Position numbers and translations under genes: made by a program
NCBI GenBank assembly: GCA_035548155.1
Contig: DASZUD010000100.1
Coordinates: 1-62,984 of the forward strand
From: Polyangia bacterium
Lineage (GTDB): Bacteria > Myxococcota_A > Polyangia > Fen-1088
DNA: 62,984 nt
Reading direction: 5' to 3'
In this document: piece by piece, positions 10,344 through 19,253 of the stretch
Position numbering within the stretch: position 1 is the first letter of the stretch
Layout: every line of letters starts with the position of its first letter
Notes under the pieces: model-generated
The model's input: the letters and a program-made list of their open reading frames with translations, nothing else
Databases searched by the model: none
What the model was told of the DNA's origin: nothing

Positions 10344-10381
10344 AACACCCGAAGCGCCGCGCGCGGCAACGCGACCGGACG

Positions 10382-12679
10382 CTAGAGCGACTCGAGGAAC
10401 TTCACGACCGCCGCGCGATCGGCCGCCGGCAACGCCATGTACCCGTCCTTCGACTTCTGTCCCTCGCCGCCGTGCCAGCGGATGGCCTCGTCGATCGTGC
10501 GCGCGCGGCCGTCGTGCAGGTAGTCGTGGTGCGGCGTGCACACCTGCTTCTGGAACGGGCCGGTGACGCCGCCCGTGACGCACGCCGAGAGGCCGATGCC
10601 CCACAGCGGCGTCGTGCGCCACTCGGCGCCCGTCGCGCGGGCCTCGCCCAGGTCGTCGGCCAGTCCCGGCCCCATGTCGTGGAGGAGGAGGTCCGTGTAC
10701 GGGTGAATCGTCTGGCTGCGCAGCTCGGCCAGCGGCGCGAACGCGCTGGTCCGGAGCTCCGCGACGTGGCACTTCGCGCAGCCCACCTGCGCGAACAGCG
10801 TCTCGCCCTTGAGGGCGTCGGCGTCGTCGAGGTTACGGCGCGCGCGCACGCCGAGGAGGTGCACGTACTTCACGAGGTCGTCGAGGTATTTGTCGCCGAG
10901 CTCCGGGCCCGCGGTGTTGCCGCAGTTCTGCTGCGCCGAGCCGCAGTCGGGCTTCGGCAGCACCGACGTCATGACGCCCATGTCCGTGTTGAGCGCGCCC
11001 GCGATCTGGTGGCGCAGGCTGGTCGCGCCCGCCTTCCAGCCGAAGCGGCCGAGGCGCTTCTGTCCCGTGACGGGATCGGTGTTGATCTGCGCCTTGCCCG
11101 AGATGCCGTCGCCGTCCTTGTCGTTCTCGTCGGCCAGCGCGAGCACCGTCGCCTCGGGCACGGCCTCGAGCAGGCCCATGCCCACGAGCTGGGGCGCGAT
11201 GCGCGCCGAGAACAGCGCGGGCTTGCCGTTCGTGAACGCGTACTCGGGCGAGCGCAGGCCGTCGGCGCTCTCGTTCCACTTCGCAATCGAGACCTTGCCC
11301 TCGCCGGGCGAGCCGTCGGCGCCCGAGGGCTGCAGCACGCCGCCGATCATCGGATCCTTGCCGCCGTCCGCGGCCGCGACCTTGAAGACCCACTTGTCCA
11401 ACGGCACGCCGACGTCGGCGACGGGCGCGCGCCCATTCCGCTTGTGGCACGAGTCGCACGAGACGTTGACGTAGTTCGGCCCGGCCAGGCCCTTGAGCTC
11501 GGTGAAGATGCCGTTCTCGGGTCCCTCGTCGTGGCTGCCGTCCGTCATGTGCGTGTGATGAACGCGCCGCCCGCGCACGAACGCCTGCCCGTTCCCGTCG
11601 GACAGGTTCGTCGCCATCTGCATGAAGTGGTTCTCGGGCTCGTCGGAGTACTGATAGGGCAGCGTCGTCCCGCCGCCGAGCCAACCCTTCTCGTCGATCT
11701 TGTGCGAGTTCTCGCGCTCGGTCGTCTGGTCAGACCAGGTGCCGACGGTGTACCAGGGCACCATGCCGCCCGTGCCGACGGCGTACAAGAAGACCGTCCC
11801 GTAGTAGTTGTCGCGCGAGTTCGCGGGCGGCGGCGCGTCGAGGAACTGGCTCGCCTCGATCTCCATGAACTGGCCCACGGCCAGCGGCGCCTCTTTGCCG
11901 TCGAGCCCGATGGCCTTCGTGATCGTGTACGTGAACTTGTACTGATCGCCGTCGCCCGTGCGATTGAACTCCTCGTCGTACGTGCCCGCGCCTTCCTTCT
12001 TGATGAGCGGGCCGTAGTTCCCGTAGTACTGCGCGACGCTGCCGCGGCCCGAGTACCAGGCGCGGAACTCGGGCAGGTTGTCGAGCTTCCACTCGGTCAC
12101 CCAGGTGAGCTCGATGGTCGAGCCGCCCTTCGCGACCTTGTCCACCAGCATGTAGCGCGCCGTGCGGTACTCCCAGTAGTGCGGCAGGAAGTGGTCGTAG
12201 CTCTGGAACTGATCTTCGCGCGCGTGGCGGTCGCGGCCGCGGTCGCTCCAGCGCGTCACGATGGCGTCGCCACGGTCGTAGTGCACCTCGTGCTCGAGCT
12301 TGGTCGTCGCGTCGTAGAGCGGGACGATGTCGCCCAGCGAAGCGCCGCCGCCGGCCGCGCCGATCGTGCCCGCGGCGCCGGTGTCGCCCGCCGCGCCCGT
12401 GCCGGCGGCGCCCCCCTCGCCTTGCGTCCCGGCGTCCCCGCTCTGACCGGCGATGCCGCCGGTACCCGCGGCGCCCGAGCCGGCGGCGCCCGTGGCATTG
12501 CCGCCGCCCGAAGCTCCCGCGCTGCCCGAGGTGCCGGCGGCGCCGCCGCCCGTGCCGGCGCTCCCAGTCTTCTGGGGCGAAGGGCCGCTGCCACCACAGG
12601 CGACGAGCGCCGTGGCGAGAGCGAAGGTGATGGCCAGCGCGGTCGCGGGGAGGGCGTGTGAACGCGTCATCGTTTTCAT
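10382..12679 (-). CDS. Lipoprotein with C-terminal di-haem oxidoreductase (DUF1111 / thiol oxidoreductase-like) domain and an extra N-terminal domain
   Basis: Start chosen at MKTMTRSHALPATALAITFALATALVAC (lipobox); length is divisible by 3 and gives 765 aa. Two CxxCH haem motifs (CDSCHKRNG, CAKCHVAEL). A long G/A/T/S linker follows the lipobox. The 1171-aa track ORF extends upstream into Arg-rich sequence that overlaps the divergent gene. Confidence 0.85.
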   Translation of the reverse strand: MKTMTRSHALPATALAITFALATALVACGGSGPSPQKTGSAGTGGGAAGTSGSAGASGGGNATGAAGSGAAGTGGIAGQSGDAGTQGEGGAAGTGAAGDTGAAGTIGAAGGGASLGDIVPLYDATTKLEHEVHYDRGDAIVTRWSDRGRDRHAREDQFQSYDHFLPHYWEYRTARYMLVDKVAKGGSTIELTWVTEWKLDNLPEFRAWYSGRGSVAQYYGNYGPLIKKEGAGTYDEEFNRTGDGDQYKFTYTITKAIGLDGKEAPLAVGQFMEIEASQFLDAPPPANSRDNYYGTVFLYAVGTGGMVPWYTVGTWSDQTTERENSHKIDEKGWLGGGTTLPYQYSDEPENHFMQMATNLSDGNGQAFVRGRRVHHTHMTDGSHDEGPENGIFTELKGLAGPNYVNVSCDSCHKRNGRAPVADVGVPLDKWVFKVAAADGGKDPMIGGVLQPSGADGSPGEGKVSIAKWNESADGLRSPEYAFTNGKPALFSARIAPQLVGMGLLEAVPEATVLALADENDKDGDGISGKAQINTDPVTGQKRLGRFGWKAGATSLRHQIAGALNTDMGVMTSVLPKPDCGSAQQNCGNTAGPELGDKYLDDLVKYVHLLGVRARRNLDDADALKGETLFAQVGCAKCHVAELRTSAFAPLAELRSQTIHPYTDLLLHDMGPGLADDLGEARATGAEWRTTPLWGIGLSACVTGGVTGPFQKQVCTPHHDYLHDGRARTIDEAIRWHGGEGQKSKDGYMALPAADRAAVVKFLESL

Positions 12680-12937
12680 GAGGTCACCGTGGGGTTTGCG
12701 GTCGACGGAAACGGGCCCGCAGTTTGCCGGTGGCAAAGGGCCTTCCCTTTCCAGTGGGCTCCCTCTGCGCTTTTCGTTTCGCGCACCAACCCCCGAAGAC
12801 AGCGATCGGGGCGTCGCGTCGTGCGCGGGCGCCCCGGTCCTGGGGACGCGCTGGCTTGGAGGCGGTGACCGGTCGGAGGCACCCGCTCTCGAACGTGAGG
12901 TCGAACACCTGAGAGCCGGTTCCGGTAGGATGCCGCC

Positions 12938-14305
12938 GTGAGCTGGCGCCGGTTCCTTCATAACCCCGTCCTCTGGGCCGTCGTGATCTACGCCTTGGGG
13001 GTCGCGCTGCGGCTCGAGTACACGCTGTTCATCAGTCCGCCCGATTCGCTGATTACGTCGGACATGGGCCTCTACGTCGATCTCGCGCGGCGCATCGTGC
13101 GGGGCGAGGCGCCGCTGCACCCGTGGGACGTGACGCACCCGCTCGGGTACCCGTCGCTCGTCGCGTTCCTCCTCAAGGACGGCGGGTCGCTGGCGCGCGT
13201 CGTCCATTTCCAGCTCGTCGTGAGCTGCCTCGTGCCGCTGTCCCTGGGGCTCCTGGGGCTGTATGCGTTCGGGCGGCGCACGGCGCTGGCCGCGCTCGCC
13301 TTCGCGAGCCTCTACTTCCCGTTCATCGAGTTCGGCGCGCTGTTCCTCTCCGAGATCCACTTCATCTTCACGCTCTCGCTGGCGTTCGCGTGCTTCCTGG
13401 CCGCGCGCACGGTGCGCCGGCGCGGCGTGTCCCTGCTGATCGCGGCCATCGGCGGCGTCGCGCTCTCGGCCGCCGCGGCGCTCAAGTCGGTGGCGCTTCC
13501 GGCGGCGGCGGTGTTCTTCGCCGCCGAGGGCCTCGCGGACCTCCTCAAGGGCCCCCTCGACGTCGCGTCGGTCCGGGCGCGCCTCGTCCCCTGGGTCGCG
13601 CGCTGCGCGCTGGTCGTCGTCGCGGCCGCGCCGCTCCTCGGCGTGCTGGCGCGCTCGTGCACGCGGGCGAACCGCGGCAACTTCTGCGTCACGGGCAACA
13701 AGGTCGGCTCCGACTTCCTGCTCGGCCACTACGGGCGCATCGCCGACATTCACTGGGGCGAAGACGAGGGGCACGGCTTCGGCTTCGGGAGCCCCGGGTC
13801 GTATTTGCGGCACTACGAACAGCATCCGTCCGTGCCGTTCCCCATGACGGACAACAAGGCCAACGCCGACGAGGCCTGGCGCTGGATCTTCGCACACCCG
13901 TTCGAGGCGGGCGTTCTGTCACTGGATCACCTCTACGACACGTTCCTCGGCGTCGCGATGTGGCCCACCTACGGCACGGTGGGCTGGACGCTGGCGCACC
14001 TGTCCCAGCTGGCGTTCGTCGTGCTGCTGTTCGTGCCCGTCCTGTTCGCCCTGGCGCGGGTCGCGAAGAGGGGCTGGCGCGCCTTCGTGACCAGCCGAAC
14101 GTTCCTCGTCCTCACGCCCGTCGCGGCGCTGGCCTTCACCGTCGTCGTGGCGACGGGCGAGGTGCGCTACCGCGTCCCGTTCGATTCGTTCTTCATCGTC
14201 GTCGTGTGCGCGCTGGCGACGGGCGAGCTGGAGTCGCCGGACGGCGTCCCGCTGCCCAGGGCGGCGGAGCCTCCTCCCGCGCGCGCCGACTTGATCATGA
14301 CGTAG
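12938..14305 (+). CDS. Polytopic membrane protein, GT-C fold glycosyltransferase-like (ArnT/PMT family-like)
   Basis: 455 aa with a GTG start and at least 9 hydrophobic segments. The N-terminal pattern VIYALGVALRLEYTLFISPPDSLITSDMGLYVDLAR resembles PMT_2/ArnT-type enzymes. The family assignment is tentative. Confidence 0.75.
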   Translation: MSWRRFLHNPVLWAVVIYALGVALRLEYTLFISPPDSLITSDMGLYVDLARRIVRGEAPLHPWDVTHPLGYPSLVAFLLKDGGSLARVVHFQLVVSCLVPLSLGLLGLYAFGRRTALAALAFASLYFPFIEFGALFLSEIHFIFTLSLAFACFLAARTVRRRGVSLLIAAIGGVALSAAAALKSVALPAAAVFFAAEGLADLLKGPLDVASVRARLVPWVARCALVVVAAAPLLGVLARSCTRANRGNFCVTGNKVGSDFLLGHYGRIADIHWGEDEGHGFGFGSPGSYLRHYEQHPSVPFPMTDNKANADEAWRWIFAHPFEAGVLSLDHLYDTFLGVAMWPTYGTVGWTLAHLSQLAFVVLLFVPVLFALARVAKRGWRAFVTSRTFLVLTPVAALAFTVVVATGEVRYRVPFDSFFIVVVCALATGELESPDGVPLPRAAEPPPARADLIMT

Positions 14306-14970
14306 GCGAGCCAGGCGAGCGCGAGCAGTGCCACCTGGTAGAGGCCCAAGAAAGACGGCCAGTGGTCCTCTCCGGGCGAGGCGGCTCCCGGCTCCGGCGT
14401 GTCGACGACCTTGAGGCGGGGCGGGAAGGGCGCGGGCTTGCGGCAATAGGCGCCGAGCTCGGAGATCGAGAAGTAGCCGTCGCCGGTGGCCGCGCCCACG
14501 CGCAGGTAGCGCACGGTCGTGGGGGGGACCTCGAGGGCGCGGTCGCGCAGCCCGTGGCCCTTGCTCACCGCGTTCGGGAACTCGCCGATCGGCTGAAAGC
14601 TGCCCGGTGAACCGTCGACCGAGCCGGAGATCCGGTACACGTCGTTGGCGTCGCCTTGCATGAACAGCGCGGAGATCTCGCGCGGCTCGCCCAGATCGTA
14701 GGTCACATACGAGGCCGACGACGCGAGCTCGACGACGACGGGCGCGTTCCACGTCGAGCCTTCGCGCGTGACGACGCCGTCGGTCAGCTTGGCGAGGTCG
14801 CGGCGCGTGTCCGCCGAGTCCTGCGGCATCTTGCCCGCGAGGAGGTTCTCGGTCCCGCAGACCGGCGCGGCCTGAGCCGGCGCCGCGCGCGAAAGCACCA
14901 GCGCCGCGGCCAGCGACAGCGAAGCCAGCGGCAGCGCCGGGAGCAGGAGGAACGGCTTCGAATGGGACAT
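14167..14970 (-). CDS. Secreted F5/8 type C (discoidin) domain protein with C-terminal TM anchor
   Basis: Signal peptide MSHSKPFLLLPALPLASLSLAAALVLSRAAPAQA. Discoidin-like core ...YVTYDLGEPREISALFMQGDANDVYRISGSVDG...VRYLRVGAATGDGYFSISELGAYC. TM segment WPSFLGLYQVALLALAWLAYVMI. Confidence 0.8.
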   Translation of the reverse strand: MSHSKPFLLLPALPLASLSLAAALVLSRAAPAQAAPVCGTENLLAGKMPQDSADTRRDLAKLTDGVVTREGSTWNAPVVVELASSASYVTYDLGEPREISALFMQGDANDVYRISGSVDGSPGSFQPIGEFPNAVSKGHGLRDRALEVPPTTVRYLRVGAATGDGYFSISELGAYCRKPAPFPPRLKVVDTPEPGAASPGEDHWPSFLGLYQVALLALAWLAYVMIKSARAGGGSAALGSGTPSGDSSSPVASAHTTTMKNESNGTR

Positions 14971-15046
14971 GCGAGCTTCCTAGGTCCCCGCCGGCGAGGA
15001 CGGCTCGGCGGATCGCGCCGAGCCCGTCGCCGGAGGGCGCATCGGT

Positions 15047-16282
15047 TTACTTGTCGGTGAGCGCGAGGACGCCCGGGAGCGGCTTGCCCTCGAGGTACTC
15101 GAGCGACGCTCCGCCGCCCGTCGAGACGTGCGACACCTTCGACGCGAGGCCCGCCTTCTTGATGGCCGAGGCCGAGTCGCCGCCGCCCACGACGGTCGTC
15201 GCGCCGGCCGCCGTCGCCTCGGCGAGCGCCTTGGCGATGGCGAACGTGCCCTGGGCCGACTTCTCGACCTCGAACACGCCCATCGGGCCGTTCCACAGCA
15301 CGGTCTTGCCGTTCTTGACGATCTGCGCGAACGCCGCCGACGTCTCGGGGCCGATGTCCACGGCCTCCCAGTCCTTCGGGATCTCGGTGATCTTGCAGAA
15401 GCGCGTGTTGCCCAGCGTGCGCGCCTTGAAGTCGAACGCGTCGGTGATGAGGCAGTCCGTCGGCAGCGCGAGCTTGTCGCCGGCGCTGGCCATGATCTCC
15501 TTCGCCAGCTCGACGCGGTCGAGCTCGACGAGCGACTTGCCGATCTCGAGGCCCTTGGCCTTGGCGAACGTGTAGGCCATGCCGCCGCCGATGATGAGCT
15601 TGTCGACCTTGGGGAGCATCGCCTTGATGACGTCGATCTTCCCCGAGACCTTCGCGCCGCCGATGATGCCGACGAACGGCCGCTTGGGCGACTCGATGGC
15701 GCTGCCGAGGAAATCGAGCTCCTTCTTCATCAGGTAGCCCGCCGCGCGCTGCGGGAGCTGAATGCCCGAGACCGAGCTGTGATCGCGGTGCGCCGTGCCG
15801 AAGGCGTCGTTGACGTACACGTCGCCCAGCTTCGTGAGCGCGGCGCGGAACGCGGCGACCTTCTCCTTGTCGGCGGAAAGCTTCGTGCCGTCCTCGAGCT
15901 TGACCTTGCCCTCCTCTTCGATGTGGAAGCGCACGTTCTCGAGGAGGATGACGTCGCCCGGCTTCGCGGCGGCGCACGCGGCCTCGACGGCGGGGCCGAC
16001 GCAGTCGTCGAGGAACTTCACGGGCTTGCCCAGCAGCTCGCCGAGCTTCGCGGCGACGGGCGCCAGCGTGAACTCCAGCTTGCGCTGGCCGTCGGGGCGG
16101 CCGAGGTGGCTCATGAGGATGACCGCCGCGCCCTTGTCGAGGAGGTACTTGATCGTCGGCAGCGCGGCCGAGATGCGCTTCTCGTCCTCCACCTTGCCGT
16201 CCTTGACGGGCACGTTGAAGTCGACGCGCACGAGGACGCGCTTCCCGGAGACATTGAGATCTTCGATGAACAGCTTGGCCAT
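15047..16282 (-). CDS. pgk: Phosphoglycerate kinase (eukaryote-type sequence)
   Basis: Start taken at [25 protein letters not shown] (ATG at 16282), 411 aa. Near-complete collinearity with canonical PGK, including [23 protein letters not shown] and [23 protein letters not shown]. Confidence 0.97.
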   Translation of the reverse strand: [411 protein letters not shown]

Positions 16283-16667
16283 GGCTTCCCGCGAGTGAGT
16301 GGTAGTAGACCCGCGCACCGCCCAATGCGGGCGGCGGGCGCGGGTGGGCGCATGCTACCAGGTCCCGAGACTCCCGGGCCGATGTTCGCCGTGGCCCGCG
16401 TGACTCGACGGCGGAGCGCACCGGAGCCGTGCGAAACCGGAGGTCAGGTCTTCGGCGTGACCCAGCCGAACCCCAGGAGGACCATCCGTCTCATGGGCCC
16501 GCATCGTACCCGCAGCCCCAGCGCGTCCCGAGCCCGCGCATCGTTTACGCAACCCATTTTCGTTCGACGCCGCTTCATGACGGCCGCGAAACACCCGCCC
16601 GCGCCGAGGGGAACGGACGCGCTTTTCCGCCCCGGAGGCCCTCGCGATTGCCTAACCTCACGGCAGC

Positions 16668-17903
16668 ATGTCCGACCCCAAGTCGCCGTCCCCGCCGGCC
16701 ACTCTTGCCGAGCCCGCCGCCGCCCGCATCGCCAGCTCCGAGCTCGAGATCAAAGACGCGCCGCTGATCTTCGAGCAGGTGTGGGGCCGCCTCGTGCAGG
16801 AGCGCGGCCCGGAGGGCATGGCCTTTCCGAAGGAGATCATGTGGCTGGGCGGCGCGCCCGGTTCGGGCAAGGGCACGAACACGCCGTTCATCCTGCGCGA
16901 GCGCGGCCTCACGGCGCCGCCCATCGTCGTGAGCGATCTGCTGGACACGCCCGAGATGCGCGCGCTCAAGGATCGCGGCCAGTTCGTCGGCGACCGCGAG
17001 GTGATCGAGGCGCTGCTCCGAAAGCTGCTGGAGCCCGAGTACCACACGGGCGTCGTCGTCGACGGGTTCCCGCGCACGCCCGTGCAGGCCGAGGCGGTGA
17101 AGCTCTTGCACGACCACATCATGCAGCTGCGCGCGAAGTACTGGGGCACGGACATCGGCAAGCGCTTCCGCCGCCCGATCTTCCGCATCACGGTGCTGTT
17201 CGTGGGCGAGCAGACGTCGATCGAGCGGCAGCTCTTCCGCGGACGCCAGATCCAGGCGCACAACGAGCAGGTGCGCCGCACGGGCGTGGGCCAGCTGCAG
17301 GAGCTGCGCCCCACGGACATCGACGAGGAGCTGGCGCGCAACCGCTACCGCACGTTCAAGGAGCGCACGTTCGAGGCGCTCACCAGCCTGCGGCGCCACT
17401 TCCACTACCACTTCGTCAACGCCGACGCGCCGCTGGAGGAGGTCGAGCAGAGCATCAACGCCGAGTTCCAGTACCAAAGCTCGCTGGAGCTGGGGCAGCA
17501 GACGTACGACATCATCCACCACATCCCCGTGGTCTCCGAGGTCACGCGCCACGCCCGGCAAGAGCTGGTGCGCCGCCTCGACTCGTACGAGCACGCCGCG
17601 CCCGCGCGCTTCAAAGAGGTCGCTTCGTTCATCGAGGCGCAGGTCGTGCCGGTGATCGTGCGCCACGCGCTGGCGGGGCGGTGCATCGTGAAGACGGACA
17701 GCGCGCTCTTCGCCGAGGCGATTTCCGTCGACATGCTGCTCGACACGCTGGCGGAGCGCGGCTACCACGCGTTCTACGAAGACCGCCACACGCCGGTGCC
17801 CGTGCGCCTGGACGCGAAGACGGGCGCGATCGCGTGCGAGGATCGCGTCACGCACACGTTCGAGATTCACTTCCTGCCGCCGGAGATCCGGCGCGGACAT
17901 TAG
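16668..17903 (+). CDS. Adenylate kinase-like P-loop nucleoside monophosphate kinase with about 150-aa C-terminal extension
   Basis: 411 aa. P-loop GGAPGSGKGT. AK-type motifs VVVDGFPRTPVQAEAV and an RGR... lid-like segment. The C-terminal about 150 aa has no motif I recognise. Confidence 0.8.
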   Translation: MSDPKSPSPPATLAEPAAARIASSELEIKDAPLIFEQVWGRLVQERGPEGMAFPKEIMWLGGAPGSGKGTNTPFILRERGLTAPPIVVSDLLDTPEMRALKDRGQFVGDREVIEALLRKLLEPEYHTGVVVDGFPRTPVQAEAVKLLHDHIMQLRAKYWGTDIGKRFRRPIFRITVLFVGEQTSIERQLFRGRQIQAHNEQVRRTGVGQLQELRPTDIDEELARNRYRTFKERTFEALTSLRRHFHYHFVNADAPLEEVEQSINAEFQYQSSLELGQQTYDIIHHIPVVSEVTRHARQELVRRLDSYEHAAPARFKEVASFIEAQVVPVIVRHALAGRCIVKTDSALFAEAISVDMLLDTLAERGYHAFYEDRHTPVPVRLDAKTGAIACEDRVTHTFEIHFLPPEIRRGH

Positions 17904-17919
17904 CCTGTATGCTCGGCGC

Positions 17920-18273
17920 ATGCCGGCCGAGCCCATCGTCATCGACACGAACGCGCAGCCCTGGGAAGAACGGCCGAACGAGAAGATCGGGCGGCCGATC
18001 TACCGCAAGTTCCTGGTCGACGATCCCGACACGGGGATGGGCGTGCGGCTCACGCGCTACCCGGCGGGCGTCATCAATCCGTGGCACACGCACCACTGCG
18101 CGCACGGGATGTACGTGCTCGAGGGCACGCTGGTGACGAACCTGGGGCGGCACACGCCCGGCACGTTCGTCTGGTTCCCCGAGGGCGCGCTCATGCAGCA
18201 CGGCGCCACGGCCGAGGGGGACGTCACGGTGGTGTTCATCACGAACAAGCCGTTCGACATCCATTACCGCTGA
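17920..18273 (+). CDS. Cupin domain protein
   Basis: 117 aa. Cupin motif pattern PWHTHHCAHGMYVLEGTL...GTFVWFPEG. Lies 16 nt after the upstream stop. Confidence 0.8.
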   Translation: MPAEPIVIDTNAQPWEERPNEKIGRPIYRKFLVDDPDTGMGVRLTRYPAGVINPWHTHHCAHGMYVLEGTLVTNLGRHTPGTFVWFPEGALMQHGATAEGDVTVVFITNKPFDIHYR

Positions 18274-18295
18274 GCGGCGGCTATTGGCGCGGCGG

Positions 18296-19159
18296 CTATT
18301 TGATCGCCAAGAGCTCGATCTCGAAGACCAGCGGGCCCGACGGCGCGCCCGGCTGCGAGGGCTTGTCGCCGTAGGCGAGGGCGCTCGGGATCCAGAAGCG
18401 AACGCGATCGCCCACCACCATCAGCTGCACGCCTTCGGTCCACCCTTTGATGACGCCCGTCAGCGGGAAGCTGATCGGCTTTCCGCGGCGCAGCGAGCTG
18501 TCGAACACCTCGCCGTTCGGCGTCCACCCGGTGTAGTGCACCTCCACGGTGCTGCTCTCCGTCGGGTGGACGTGGCCTTTGCCGTGCTTGATGAACTTGT
18601 AGGCGATGCCGGACTTGGTCTTCTTGGCGTCGGCCGGCGCCGCGGCGACGTCGTCGGGCACGGGCATCGGATCGGGCATCTTCACGAAGTCGATCAGCGC
18701 GACGTCGAACACCGACGGTGACGCGGGGCCGCGGCGCCTGGGCTTCCCCGACTCGGCGAGCGCCGCAGGAATCCAGAGCCGCCGCCGCTCGCCCTTCGCC
18801 ATGAGCTGCACGCCTTCGGCGAGCCCGGGCACGAGGTCGCCCATCGAATACGTCCGCGGCTCGCCGTCGGGGATCGAGCTGTCGATCACCTCGCCGTCCG
18901 GCGTCCACGCCGTGAAGTTGATGCGCACGCGGTCATGAACGCCCGGGCGCTCGCCCGTTTGTGGCTTCGAGAGCAACTTCCACGCGAGCCCGCTCGCCGT
19001 CTTCGTGGCCCCCGCCGGCGCCTCGGCGACGTCGGAAGGCGCGGCCGGCGGCTCGGGCCGCGAGCTGCCCAGCGGCTCGATCGGCTGGGCTACGGCGATG
19101 GTGCCGGTGAGGAGGGCGGCGAGCAGCGGGGAGACGAGCAGGGTGGAGCGGGGCATCAC
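18296..19159 (-). CDS. Secreted tandem FKBP-type peptidyl-prolyl cis-trans isomerase
   Basis: 287 aa with a signal peptide. Two FKBP units (VRINFTAWTPDGEVIDSS...RRLWIPAALA and VEVHYTGWTPNGEVFDSS...GVIKGWTEGVQLMVVGDRVRFWIPSALAYG). Confidence 0.9.
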   Translation of the reverse strand: MMPRSTLLVSPLLAALLTGTIAVAQPIEPLGSSRPEPPAAPSDVAEAPAGATKTASGLAWKLLSKPQTGERPGVHDRVRINFTAWTPDGEVIDSSIPDGEPRTYSMGDLVPGLAEGVQLMAKGERRRLWIPAALAESGKPRRRGPASPSVFDVALIDFVKMPDPMPVPDDVAAAPADAKKTKSGIAYKFIKHGKGHVHPTESSTVEVHYTGWTPNGEVFDSSLRRGKPISFPLTGVIKGWTEGVQLMVVGDRVRFWIPSALAYGDKPSQPGAPSGPLVFEIELLAIK

Positions 19160-19253
19160 AGCCGCATATCACGAGAAATGCGTTGGTGCCCTTCCTCCCC
19201 GACCTCCACCGACCTGTCTCGCAGATCGGGGCGCGGCGTTGCGCGCGCGCCCT

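Noticed and set aside
12680-13897. Upstream 400-codon extension of the DUF1111 ORF (track ORF 10382-13897)
   Set aside because: The extension is Arg/Glu/Asp-rich junk and overlaps the divergent membrane glycosyltransferase-like gene. A proper signal peptide with lipobox begins at the ATG at 12679.
15128-18136. 1002-aa plus-strand ORF spanning the pgk, AK-like and cupin loci
   Set aside because: It runs antisense through a clearly genuine pgk and out of frame through the AK-like gene. It has Arg/Ala/Gly-rich low-complexity composition.
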